63,892 nucleotides of DNA from a virus (taxonomy: Duplodnaviria; Caudoviricetes). The notes under the pieces are model-generated. The model did no database searches and was not told the DNA's origin. It saw nothing but the letters and a program-made list of their open reading frames with translations. Where the stretch lies: the IMG/VR virus record IMGVR_UViG_3300009514_000024, positions 1-63,892 of that record; one strand, 5' to 3'. Shown here piece by piece: positions 1-8,134 of the stretch. The position numbers were made by a program, and so were the translations under genes. The first letter of the stretch is position 1. Each line of letters opens with the position of its first letter.

Positions 1-12
1 CTATTAACTTTT

Positions 13-678
13 TCATTTTATCCCTTGGTTGAATTTATGTAAAGTATCTCTAAACGGTTTCACATCTTCTTCTGTTATATCCACCATTTTGTAATCGTTT
101 TTCAATTCAGTAAGTGTACTGGTGGCTAGATAAGCCTGACATTCATCAGTTAAAACATCAGAGTTATACCCATCTTCAATCAAACATTGTTTTAAAATTT
201 CATATGATTTTTGATTCATTCTTCCAAGATTATTAATCATTTCAATAGAGTAATCGTGATTTAAATAATAAAGGGCATGGGCTATCTCATGGTTAATCGT
301 TATTTTTTCTTCTGAATCTTCCCCATATGTAGCTATCATGTACCATTTTTCTTTATTTTCAGATACATAAGATTTTACTCTATTGAGTAACTGAACTTCT
401 TTATGCCGTAATTGGTATTTGAATACATCACAGAACCCATTAAAAGAATTACTTGAAATATTGAAACCAGACCAATCGGTGAAATAAGAAAACTCCCCGT
501 TCTTAGAAGCATAAGCATCCATGAACTGATCTAGTGTGAAAATGTTTCCTTTTATTTCGGGAAATTCAGATTCATAATACTCTTGTACCCTGACCATTGT
601 GGAAGATAATTCATATTGAGAATCGAACTTTAAATGATATATGGGATACTGATTCAGCTTTACAATATCGAAGTTCAT
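13..678 (-). CDS. Hypothetical protein with HExxH zinc-metallopeptidase-like motif
   Basis: NHEIAH motif. Start moved from 714 to the ATG at 678 (MNFDIVK) because 686-714 lies within tRNA-His. Confidence 0.6.
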   Translation of the reverse strand: MNFDIVKLNQYPIYHLKFDSQYELSSTMVRVQEYYESEFPEIKGNIFTLDQFMDAYASKNGEFSYFTDWSGFNISSNSFNGFCDVFKYQLRHKEVQLLNRVKSYVSENKEKWYMIATYGEDSEEKITINHEIAHALYYLNHDYSIEMINNLGRMNQKSYEILKQCLIEDGYNSDVLTDECQAYLATSTLTELKNDYKMVDITEEDVKPFRDTLHKFNQGIK

Positions 679-685
679 TTTGAGG

Positions 686-761
686 TGGGGGTAGAGGGTG
701 AGAATCGAACTCACATCTTTTCATTCACAGTGAAATGTCTTTCCGTTAGACGACCTAACCC
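686..761 (-). tRNA. tRNA-His(GTG)
   Basis: Cloverleaf; anticodon arm TTTCA-CTGTGAA-TGAAA; T arm GTGAG-TTCGATT-CTCAC; encoded CCA. Confidence 0.9.
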
Positions 762-771
762 ATATCCTTTT

Positions 772-779
772 TATTTATA
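772..779 (-). promoter_or_regulatory. T4-type late promoter TATAAATA (representative; other copies at 2154, 2670, 3148, 3847, 3982, 4414, 6024, 8327, 10564, 11899, 12905, 13214, 33582, 35307, 41260)
   Basis: Exact T4 gp55 consensus placed just upstream of tRNAs and genes; a gp55 homologue is in the window. Confidence 0.75.
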
Positions 780-954
780 CAGGTGAGCCTTCTTCAACCT
801 GTTTTTCTTCTTTCACTTCGACCTGTTCAGTAGGCGCAACTGCTTCTTCAACAGTATCCATTACTTCTGTTTCAACTTTAGGTGTCTTATTCGCATAAAG
901 AACCAAACCAAGTGTTACAAGGGTGACTCCGCAAAATACTAAAAATGGTAACAT
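775..954 (-). CDS. Small membrane-anchored acidic protein (59 aa, not in ORF track)
   Basis: MLPFLVFCGVTLVTLGLVLYANK...; AGGAG ribosome-binding site at 961-965; bipartite promoter upstream. Confidence 0.6.
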   Translation of the reverse strand: MLPFLVFCGVTLVTLGLVLYANKTPKVETEVMDTVEEAVAPTEQVEVKEEKQVEEGSPV

Positions 955-988
955 GATAATCTCCTTTTAAAAAATATGTTTATCTTGC

Positions 989-1037
989 TTATAACATATC
1001 TTCTTTGGGAGAAGAATTTTCAATTTTTTGGACTTTT
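989..1037 (-). promoter_or_regulatory. Bipartite phage promoter, AAAGTCCAA box plus TAWGTT -10 (representative; other copies near 8070, 9938, 10428, 12394, 15050, 17218, 29721, 31525, 38908, 40104, 51727, 58835, 63708; variant 22541)
   Basis: Repeated motif with a fixed 35-36 nt offset between the two halves, always upstream of minus-strand genes. Confidence 0.8.
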
Positions 1038-1043
1038 ATTTTA

Positions 1044-1262
1044 TCAGGTGTAAAGGTCTAGCAACCCACTTTCATCTATTTCTTGATTGATAGTTTTCAG
1101 TAAGTTCTCCGCTTCTTCTTTGGAACCTTCTCTGTATTTTAAATAATCCCTAATAGTCTTATGTACATTATGTAAAGCATGAAAGGCATCATCTGAAGCT
1201 AATAATCTCTTAGCAGATTCATCCCCATGTTCCTCGAATTTGTGTATTATTTTAATGCTCAT
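1044..1262 (-). CDS. Hypothetical protein
   Basis: ORF coupled to the upstream gene. Confidence 0.55.
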   Translation of the reverse strand: MSIKIIHKFEEHGDESAKRLLASDDAFHALHNVHKTIRDYLKYREGSKEEAENLLKTINQEIDESGLLDLYT

Positions 1263-1995
1263 TTGATTCTACCACTTCTTTAAAACCTTGAAAATTCTTA
1301 AAAATCTTACATTTTAGTTTTTGTTTTTTGTACAGTTCCAACTTTTCCAACCATCTTTGATAATTTTCACCTAACCATTTCTTTCTTTTCTCTCGATCTA
1401 TACCATCTAACTCTACCCATAAATTCTTTGAAGGTAAATATAAATCACTATATTTTGAGGTATCTGGTATTCTTTTATGGGGTATAAAATGTATTTTCTT
1501 TTCTTCTAGATATTCAAAACATTTTTTCTCAAAATTAGATTCAAAAAAGGTTCCACCTTGAGTATAACCTTTTTTCCCAAACCCCCCGAATCTTCCTATT
1601 TCTTTTAATCTAATTCTTTCGTTTAAGTCTGAACATCTATTTCGTATATGAGAAGTTACCTTTTTTCTATAAATATCTCTTTCCCAATTAGCCTTCCCTG
1701 AGCATTCTAAAGAACAGAATTTTTGTCTTTTTAATCTACTTTTAAATTTTACAAAACATCTATCACATTCTTTCTCATATAATTTACAATTCCTGCATAA
1801 GCATTTTTTAGTATCTGTTCTTTTATTTACGGATATAGACTTTTGGCACTTATTACAATAAGCAATTTTATTTTCTTTTTTATTATCGTTTTTTGTAGAA
1901 TATGATCTTGCACACTTGGAAGAACAAAAACAACCATTTGAATATTCACTAGGCTTGTTTTTAAAATCAGATTCACAATTATTACAAATAGCCAC
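1252..1995 (-). CDS. Putative homing endonuclease (Cys-rich zinc-binding repeats plus C-terminal PD-(D/E)xK-like domain)
   Basis: Repeated CxxC/FCSxxC motifs; SDLYLP...WVELDG nuclease-like motif; lies in tRNA cluster. Confidence 0.65.
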   Translation of the reverse strand: MAICNNCESDFKNKPSEYSNGCFCSSKCARSYSTKNDNKKENKIAYCNKCQKSISVNKRTDTKKCLCRNCKLYEKECDRCFVKFKSRLKRQKFCSLECSGKANWERDIYRKKVTSHIRNRCSDLNERIRLKEIGRFGGFGKKGYTQGGTFFESNFEKKCFEYLEEKKIHFIPHKRIPDTSKYSDLYLPSKNLWVELDGIDREKRKKWLGENYQRWLEKLELYKKQKLKCKIFKNFQGFKEVVESNEH

Positions 1996-2064
1996 AATGC
2001 CTCTAATAGTGGTTTTAATTATTTATAATTTGAACCTGATAGTTAAACTGTGCTTAAATATTCA

Positions 2065-2142
2065 TGCCCGATAATGGATTTGAACCATTGCAAATAACAT
2101 AGTATGTAACACTACTGCTCTACCAGACTGAGCTAATCGGGC
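2065..2142 (-). tRNA. tRNA-Val(TAC), atypical
   Basis: Acceptor GCCCGAT/ATCGGGC; anticodon arm GTAGT-GTTACAT-ACTAT; 9-nt variable region; no encoded CCA. Confidence 0.75.
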
Positions 2143-2170
2143 TTGATATCTTTTATTTATAAATATCTGT

Positions 2171-2464
2171 ATGTATGAATGCAGATTCCCAAATTGTGAC
2201 TTTCGGACTAGTCTGAGAAGTCAAATTCACTTCCACCATATCAAACCTAAAGAATTAGGCGGTATTGACAAAGATTCCAATAGAATCTGGCTTTGCCCTA
2301 CGCACCATTCTAAGGTCTATATACCTGAATCTAAATCAGGCATACATTCAGTCAAAGGTGAAGATTCAATCGTTATAAACGGCTTATTCTTGTCTACAGG
2401 CGGTCTTGTGATGGAATATGAGCAAAACGGTAAAGTTAAGCATCATTTCTATCGGAATCCTTGA
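2171..2464 (+). CDS. Small HNH-domain protein
   Basis: CxxxxC...HHIKPKELGG...NRIWLCPTHH motif; plus-strand TATAAATA at 2158-2165. Confidence 0.7.
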   Translation: MYECRFPNCDFRTSLRSQIHFHHIKPKELGGIDKDSNRIWLCPTHHSKVYIPESKSGIHSVKGEDSIVINGLFLSTGGLVMEYEQNGKVKHHFYRNP

Positions 2465-2573
2465 TTTTTTTCCTGTTGTATTTGGTTCTATCTGGAACAA
2501 CCTGAGTTCTAGTCACCTGACTCATTCTAACCCGTTCTTTGCGATCTTTCTCTGGTTCCTTTGGCTTTTTCAT
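2436..2573 (-). CDS. Small basic protein (45 aa, not in ORF track)
   Basis: Hand translation MKKPKEPEKDRKERVRMSQVTRTQVVPDRTKYNRKKIKDSDRNDA; fills the gap downstream of tRNA-Leu. Confidence 0.4.
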   Translation of the reverse strand: MKKPKEPEKDRKERVRMSQVTRTQVVPDRTKYNRKKIKDSDRNDA

Positions 2574-2591
2574 AATCTGTAAAATTTAATA

Positions 2592-2664
2592 TACTGATGG
2601 GGGGAGTCGAACCCCCAACATCTTGTTTCTAAAACAAGCCTCTCTGCCATTGGAGTACATCAGC
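2592..2664 (-). tRNA. tRNA-Leu(TAG) with short variable loop
   Basis: Anticodon arm CTTGT-TTTAGAA-ACAAG; T arm GGGGG-TTCGACT-CCCCC; acceptor GCTGATG/CATCAGT. Confidence 0.85.
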
Positions 2665-2679
2665 ACATTTATTTATAAT

Positions 2680-3012
2680 TCAGAAAGAATGGAAACAATT
2701 TCCACATCTAATTTTTAAATCTTGGATTGATTGTTTTATATCGACTTTAGCGTTTCTTTCTTCTTTGGATAAATGTAATAAATTTGGAAGTTCATAAGGA
2801 GAACGATGATTATAACCCCTTTTAATCATTTCTTTTACCAATAAATCATGTCTAATCTTCATAGAAGAAGGTTCAATTAAAACCTTTGGTTTTATTCTAC
2901 CTTTAATAGAATGTTTTTTAACGAAGTTATGTCTATGTTTATGGATCTCATTATGTTCTCCAAGCAAATGTTGTCTACACAAATACTTAGGGTTGATCAT
3001 CCACATTCTCAT
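2680..3012 (-). CDS. Pyrimidine-dimer DNA glycosylase / endonuclease V family protein
   Basis: MRMWMINPKYLCRQHLLGEHNEIH and EMIKRGYNH signature. Confidence 0.8.
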   Translation of the reverse strand: MRMWMINPKYLCRQHLLGEHNEIHKHRHNFVKKHSIKGRIKPKVLIEPSSMKIRHDLLVKEMIKRGYNHRSPYELPNLLHLSKEERNAKVDIKQSIQDLKIRCGNCFHSF

Positions 3013-3067
3013 ACCAATAATATAAAATATAAATCAAATGAAAGCAAATATCAAAAACAATAAAAAA

Positions 3068-3139
3068 TGGAACCTGTGGGAGTCGAACCCACCAAAGAGA
3101 CATTGCAAATGTCTGTCGCCACCCCGACTGTTAGATCCC
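3068..3139 (-). tRNA. tRNA-Ala(TGC), atypical D arm
   Basis: Acceptor GGGATCT/AGGTTCC with G3:U70; anticodon arm AGACA-TTTGCAA-TGTCT; canonical T arm. Confidence 0.8.
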
Positions 3140-3156
3140 ATATATTTTATTTATAA

Positions 3157-3831
3157 TTAATAACTTTTATTTTCTGCATATCGTTTTCTTCTATTAAGTC
3201 TACCATTACCAGTATTCAAAGCTCTATATGTTGGTGTTAAACTATGACAATTTGGACATAATAATTCTAAATTTTCTTCTTTATTATTAGTCGAATTTCC
3301 ATCAATATGTTCCACTTCTAATGGTTGCTTGTTTGAATAAGAATTTATTTCATTCCAACCACATTTACAACATTTGTTATTATACTTTTCAAATAAATAC
3401 ATTCTTAACCATTTTGGTGTATTAATGTTTTTAATTGGTATTCCGTTTTTCCAATTTTTTATTTTTTCCTTATGTTGGTAGTTTGTTTGACAATCGGTTG
3501 AACAATATTTATTAATTGTTCTTTTAATGGATTTTTTACAATTTAAACAATATCTTTCTTTTGCTTTCTTTTTATTGGTGTCTATGGCAGAACAAGAACT
3601 AGAACAATATTTTGGATTTGATGTTATCGTGTTACAAACTAAACAAGGTTTATCTTTTCTATGTGACAATAAATGAGATTTAAAAGAACTTATATTATAC
3701 TCATTATCACATATGTTACATCTAACTTTATTATTTTTATTGCAATGTGCTTGATGTCCTGCTCTTGCTTGAATAGTTTTAAAGTTTCTATTACATTTTT
3801 TACATGTCGTTTTTTCCATCAAATACCCCAT
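3157..3831 (-). CDS. HNH homing endonuclease with zinc fingers
   Basis: LEVEHIDGNSTNNKEENLELLCPNCH; N-terminal C2H2-like and YCSxxC motifs. Confidence 0.85.
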   Translation of the reverse strand: MGYLMEKTTCKKCNRNFKTIQARAGHQAHCNKNNKVRCNICDNEYNISSFKSHLLSHRKDKPCLVCNTITSNPKYCSSSCSAIDTNKKKAKERYCLNCKKSIKRTINKYCSTDCQTNYQHKEKIKNWKNGIPIKNINTPKWLRMYLFEKYNNKCCKCGWNEINSYSNKQPLEVEHIDGNSTNNKEENLELLCPNCHSLTPTYRALNTGNGRLNRRKRYAENKSY

Positions 3832-3901
3832 AGCTACCTATTGAAGTATTTATAAAATGAAAAATTAATTTTTTATCATTTGCAATTTGATTTTTAAGGT
3901 G

Positions 3902-3973
3902 AGCACGATAGAGGTTCTGCCCCCCTGTTTCATCCATACAAAAGAAGTGTTTTACTAATTAAACTAATCGTGC
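3902..3973 (-). tRNA. tRNA-Thr(TGT), atypical or degenerate
   Basis: Acceptor GCACGAT/ATCGTGC; loop TTTGTAT; weak anticodon stem; T loop GGCAGAA. Confidence 0.65.
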
Positions 3974-3994
3974 AATATCTTTATTTATACTTTG

Positions 3995-4068
3995 AGCTAT
4001 GGGGGGGATTTGAACCCACCGATCATAGGGTTGCAACCTACAGCTTTTCCAGACTTGGCTACCATAGC
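3995..4068 (-). tRNA. tRNA-Cys(GCA)
   Basis: Anticodon arm GTAGG-TTGCAAC-CCTAT; U73 discriminator. Confidence 0.9.
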
Positions 4069-4076
4069 ATAGTTAT

Positions 4077-4316
4077 TTATGAAAAATCATATTCTTGAAT
4101 TACTTCCAACGGAACTTCATCATCTACAACAGAATATTGGCCTTTGCCTTTTGCCCCTGCGATATTCAAATCCCAATGATCTTCAAAATCTTCGTGTGAC
4201 ATTCCATCCCTTTCTGTACACACTTTTCTGGCTTTGGATTTTAGGATTACAGGTTTATCTTCAAATGTTTGAGCATCACTTAAAATACCAAACACATCAT
4301 CACCTTCATTTTTCAT
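4077..4316 (-). CDS. Hypothetical protein
   Basis: ORF between tRNAs with AAGGA ribosome-binding site. Confidence 0.55.
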   Translation of the reverse strand: MKNEGDDVFGILSDAQTFEDKPVILKSKARKVCTERDGMSHEDFEDHWDLNIAGAKGKGQYSVVDDEVPLEVIQEYDFS

Positions 4317-4328
4317 TTTAAATCCTTA

Positions 4329-4405
4329 TGGTGGTTCGGGTGGGGGTCAAACCCACGACCCCTCCATTAAAAGTGGAGTGCTACTATCATCTGAGCTACC
4401 GAACC
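4329..4405 (-). tRNA. tRNA-Lys(TTT)
   Basis: Anticodon arm CTCCA-CTTTTAA-TGGAG; encoded CCA. Confidence 0.9.
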
Positions 4406-4412
4406 ATTGTTT

Positions 4413-4640
4413 TTATTTATATTCTTTGACTATTTTGGGTTGAGCATATTTTATTTTTAAATGTTCAATCATTTCTTCGGCTTCTTTTAGACTATCGTAA
4501 TATTCCCTGATAAATACATTCTCACACCAAGCACCGACTTCAGACCATAACCAAAAGTTCCAAGGTCTTTTGGCCTGAATAAAATACTTACCATCAGCAC
4601 TTCTTAATATTCTAAATTTCTTCACTTTTATTGGTTTCAT
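4413..4640 (-). CDS. Hypothetical protein
   Basis: ORF with 4-nt overlap to upstream gene. Confidence 0.55.
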   Translation of the reverse strand: MKPIKVKKFRILRSADGKYFIQAKRPWNFWLWSEVGAWCENVFIREYYDSLKEAEEMIEHLKIKYAQPKIVKEYK

Positions 4641-5566
4641 TTCTTTACCTTAAATTTATCAAACTTACTTGTGTCTTTTTTCTCTGCAAAATCTTTAATT
4701 ATCATTCCATAGTTATTTATGCCATCTGGAATAATCATTCCTTTTTTCCTAATCAGAGGTGTCTTTTTAAATGAACTATAATCCACATTATGATGCCACC
4801 TACCGAACTTCCAAACCACTTCTGCTATATCTGGATGTTGGTCTGCAAGCATTTGGGATTTAGCTCTAGTTCCCTCGATATACAATTCATCAGTATTTCC
4901 ACCCTTCATTCTCTGAGTAGTGACCTTCCCACACAGAAAGGCATTGAATTGAATCGTGCAATATCCATCCTTTAAAATTCTCAAACATAAATCCACATCT
5001 TCATTATACCGACCTTGCCATTTGTATGGTATATCATTCCTTATCAGTAAGCAAGAATAAACCTTAGTGTTCTTCAGATATGGCGGTACTTTGTCGGTAG
5101 CCTTGCAGAATGAATTATAATTCATCCCTGCCACATATACATTTTCATACCTTTCAACAAAATCTTCACTGGCCCGAAAAATGGCTCCTGTTCTAACAGG
5201 TAAAATCATGTTCCGATTGAGCCTGTAAAATTCTTCTAAATTATCATCTAGAATCCAGTGATAAGTTGAACCTTCTGATATGGAATGTTCCCAACAAAAG
5301 TTTCTAGCTCCCCCCGAACCTTTGGCTTTAGTGTCACCCAAGTCATCATAGGTTACATATTCATCCTTGTATTTCTGCGGAAGAACCAAAATATCTTCTT
5401 TGTCGAAATATCTCAGGTAGTTACCGTATTCGCTTTTCTCGACCACTATGCGGTGTTTTACACCAAGCCTATCCAATGCCCTACTGGTTGTTCTACTTTC
5501 CCATCTGCCCTTTGAAATCACATATATCGGGTGTCTAGGGTTCGTTGACATACCGCTTTTGGCCAT
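4637..5566 (-). CDS. GT-A fold glycosyltransferase, GREB1-like/TET-associated (TAGT) type; candidate DNA base modifier
   Basis: PIYVISKGR, GARNFCW, HWILDDN, YNEDVDL, MKGGNT motifs. Confidence 0.7.
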   Translation of the reverse strand: MAKSGMSTNPRHPIYVISKGRWESRTTSRALDRLGVKHRIVVEKSEYGNYLRYFDKEDILVLPQKYKDEYVTYDDLGDTKAKGSGGARNFCWEHSISEGSTYHWILDDNLEEFYRLNRNMILPVRTGAIFRASEDFVERYENVYVAGMNYNSFCKATDKVPPYLKNTKVYSCLLIRNDIPYKWQGRYNEDVDLCLRILKDGYCTIQFNAFLCGKVTTQRMKGGNTDELYIEGTRAKSQMLADQHPDIAEVVWKFGRWHHNVDYSSFKKTPLIRKKGMIIPDGINNYGMIIKDFAEKKDTSKFDKFKVKK

Positions 5567-5780
5567 GCCACCCCCTAGCTTTAAATGGATGCCAAATACT
5601 GTTTGTCTTTGGTGTTAGTTTTTGGCCAATTAATTTTGAAAACTCCATAAGATCATCATGGGTATCAAAACGAACAACTAGTTTACTGTAGGGTTCCACC
5701 TTGTCCTGAACGAACTCTGGCATATCCACCCATTCGGTTTCCCATTCTAGGGTTTTGTTTTTCTTCTTAGGTAATAACAT
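5535..5780 (-). CDS. Small partner protein upstream of the glycosyltransferase
   Basis: EWVDMPEFVQ motif; overlaps glycosyltransferase start. Confidence 0.55.
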   Translation of the reverse strand: MLLPKKKNKTLEWETEWVDMPEFVQDKVEPYSKLVVRFDTHDDLMEFSKLIGQKLTPKTNSIWHPFKARGWHGQKRYVNEP

Positions 5781-5936
5781 ATATTAAGTATCAAAATTTT
5801 TCAGTTATAAATTCATTAAATTTCATTCTAACAAATTCTTTATCATGTTTCCCCATATCTTTAATCACATATGGAATATATGGAATATAACCTTTATTTT
5901 TATTTTATCTCTATTTTGAACTCGAAACCTAGAGGT

Positions 5937-6007
5937 TAGCAGGTGTGGGAATTGAACCCACCTTGTAAGGATATGAGCCTTATGAGTAACCACTACTCTA
6001 ACCTGCG
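5937..6007 (-). tRNA. tRNA-Met(CAT), initiator-like
   Basis: Anticodon arm TAAGG-CTCATAT-CCTTA; unpaired C1 opposite position 72. Confidence 0.8.
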
Positions 6008-6030
6008 AAACTCTATTCTTTATTATTTAT

Positions 6031-6076
6031 AAAACAAAAGAGGAAGTAAGCACTTTCCCATTGTACTTACATCCCC
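6031..6076 (-). terminator. Probable intrinsic terminator after the ARPP-like gene
   Basis: GGGGATGTAAGTAC/GTGCTTACTTCCTC hairpin followed by TTTTGTTTT. Confidence 0.6.
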
Positions 6077-6090
6077 ACAAGTGACTTTGT

Positions 6091-7164
6091 TTAGAAACTT
6101 AGTCCACCTGTATCATAAGGATCGTTTCTCAATGACTTGAAAGATGTTCTGCCTTTTGCTTGGGCAGAATCAGTAACAAGCGACATATATACAACATGAT
6201 TGTCTCCATGATATAAAGCCTGTCCTTTGAATCCACTTCCATCTAACTTAGTCATCGCCAGTTCATTAATTTGTTCCTGCTTGGTTCTATTTACCGCAAT
6301 CTGAGCCATTACACTAACCTTGCTTTTTAAACCAGTAACAAATTCATCCTTTGTCTTGGTATATTCTGCTTCCAAATCTTCCAATGTTTCCACATCTTCG
6401 ATTTTCAACAGAGGTGTGTGTATCTCTGCGTTGCCATTCTCAATAGCTCTTACGGCTTCCGCACCGTATGAGTCTCTGATAAAGGCTCTCCAAGTCTGTT
6501 TCCAAGTTTCGTACTTAGGAACAATATCAACTGCTACGATTTTATCATTGATTAAAACGATAGCTCCTAATTGATTTTTTACTGGTTCAAATTGGGCGAT
6601 AAACTCATTCAATTTATCTTCATACTGAGAATAAAAAGTTTGAAGTCCATTAACACCGTTCTTTGAAATCCATTTCTCAAGACCACCCCACATTGGAGAA
6701 TAGTCATTTCCATCTTTATAATTGCTATTCTTATCATAGGCCAACTTTCTAAGTGAGGGAGCCAACATCATAAAAGATGAATGGTCAAGTTTTCTCACAT
6801 CGAAATGTCCACTCTGGCTTGGCTGAACACAGTTAGCGGGAATGGTTTTGTTGCCTTTTGTTTTGATAAGGTGTGCAAAAGGAATAGTTCTATCTTGGGC
6901 AGGTTGATCATTAATCAAAGTCCAACCCTGCAATGCGATCCCGATTTCTCCACTTACATTTTGGAAAGTTAATCTTCCATATTCAGGATCGTTTTTTAAA
7001 GTTACTTCATTTTGGTCTGCTACATTCGTGAACTCATGGTCACTTACGATAGGGAGAACTGTCATGTTACCAACACTTTGGATGTTGTCTTTATCAATTG
7101 TGTAGCCGTTAAGCAAATCACCGATTTCAATTTTGTCTGACATTTTCTCTCCTTTAAAGGCCAA
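6091..7164 (-). CDS. ARPP-like protein (ARPP-1/ARPP-2, DUF6569-related); likely start MSDKIE at 7143
   Basis: IQSVGNMTVLPIV, AQDR...IPANCVQ and FIAQFEPVKNQLGAIVLIND motifs; sits downstream of the vWA partner gene; AGGAG upstream of 7143. Confidence 0.6.
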   Translation of the reverse strand: MAFKGEKMSDKIEIGDLLNGYTIDKDNIQSVGNMTVLPIVSDHEFTNVADQNEVTLKNDPEYGRLTFQNVSGEIGIALQGWTLINDQPAQDRTIPFAHLIKTKGNKTIPANCVQPSQSGHFDVRKLDHSSFMMLAPSLRKLAYDKNSNYKDGNDYSPMWGGLEKWISKNGVNGLQTFYSQYEDKLNEFIAQFEPVKNQLGAIVLINDKIVAVDIVPKYETWKQTWRAFIRDSYGAEAVRAIENGNAEIHTPLLKIEDVETLEDLEAEYTKTKDEFVTGLKSKVSVMAQIAVNRTKQEQINELAMTKLDGSGFKGQALYHGDNHVVYMSLVTDSAQAKGRTSFKSLRNDPYDTGGLSF

Positions 7165-7612
7165 TAACCTTTTTCATAATGTTTCTCGAATGTACATATA
7201 AATCGTTTGTAATCGTTATATAAGGATTAATTAATTTTGTTTGTATGTAAACATCTTGTTTTCTTTTATAACCTTCTTGTACACCTATAGCAATCGAACC
7301 ATATGGTCTTAATGCTAAATGCCTACCCAACTCATACATACAAATAGGCTGATCTGACTCTCCTGATGTGAACCACATACTAAACACATCACAATTATTC
7401 AATGCGTGAAATTCCCATTCTATTTGCTCTTGTGAAGCACTAGGATCGTTTATTGGGAAATCTTTTCTCCTTGGATTTATTACCGCTATATCTTCTTCAG
7501 AAAGAAAGTTGATTATTTTTTGTTGCCAATCTGGGCAGTTTGTAATACCCCCCGCAAGAAATACGGTTGGTAATTCTGTTTCTATTTTCTCTGGTGCGGT
7601 GAATATTTCCAT
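7154..7612 (-). CDS. Nucleoside 2-deoxyribosyltransferase-like protein
   Basis: VFLAGGITNCPDWQ, INPRR, EQIEWE, YELG motifs. Confidence 0.85.
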   Translation of the reverse strand: MEIFTAPEKIETELPTVFLAGGITNCPDWQQKIINFLSEEDIAVINPRRKDFPINDPSASQEQIEWEFHALNNCDVFSMWFTSGESDQPICMYELGRHLALRPYGSIAIGVQEGYKRKQDVYIQTKLINPYITITNDLYVHSRNIMKKVIGL

Positions 7613-7638
7613 AAATTATTTCAATTTGTTAAAAAAAA

Positions 7639-7767
7639 AGAAGGGCTAAGTAAGTAAAGTTGTTTTGTTGAAATAGTGGGGATCGAACCCACTGCCTTTT
7701 TTTTCGATAAAAAAGCTCTACCAAATGAGCTATATTTCTGAAACTTTTCTTTTAAGAGCCACTTCCT
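7639..7767 (-). ncRNA. Y RNA-like ncRNA unit 1 (scaffold enclosing a normal-topology tRNA mimic)
   Basis: Outer stem GAAG(T)GGCT/AGCCCTTC, inner stem AAAGTT/AACTTT, enclosing GAAATA...D arm...T arm...TATTTC. Confidence 0.75.
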
Positions 7768-7793
7768 TTTTCATTTTAATTTTAATTTTTTTA

Positions 7794-7967
7794 AAGAGGG
7801 TTAGTTTACTAAAGTTATTGATTATGAAGCTCTACCAACTGAGCTAACTCCCCTTGATGTGAACACCTTTCGATGTTTACATTGGCGGGGAGTGTAGGAA
7901 TCGAACCTACGACCTTCGCATTAACAGTGCGTTGTATTCTGAAACTTTGGTATTTAGAACCACTCCT
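7794..7967 (-). ncRNA. Y RNA-like ncRNA unit 2 (circularly permuted tRNA mimic, GTT anticodon arm)
   Basis: Order: anticodon arm, T arm, ACTCCCC-GCCA, linker hairpin, GGGGAGT, D arm, inside the shared scaffold. Confidence 0.8.
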
Positions 7968-7986
7968 TTTTTTAAAGTTTACATGG

Positions 7987-8062
7987 AAGAGAGATTGTCA
8001 AAAGAAATTTGGATTAAGATTCAGTTTCTAATTCTGTAATTTCTTTTTTTAGTTCTACTCTT
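7987..8062 (-). ncRNA. Y RNA-like ncRNA unit 3 (minimal scaffold, no tRNA domain)
   Basis: AAGAG(T)AGA/TCTCTCTT and AAAGAAATT/AATTTCTTT stems plus CTAAA and ACAG motifs; bipartite promoter immediately upstream. Confidence 0.65.
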
Positions 8063-8134
8063 ATCTTACTTATAACTTATATTCTTTTTGAAATTTAAAT
8101 CCTAATTTTTGGACTTTTCTTTTTTAAAATTTTG

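Noticed and set aside
679-714. N-terminal extension of ORF 13..714
   Set aside because: Overlaps tRNA-His; ATG at 678 is the more plausible start.
2592-2664. Possible amber-suppressor tRNA (CTA visible on the plus strand)
   Set aside because: Sense anticodon is TAG (Leu), not CTA.
7794-7967. Two-piece tmRNA
   Set aside because: Too short, no tag reading frame, acceptor lacks G3:U70, and full D and anticodon arms are present.
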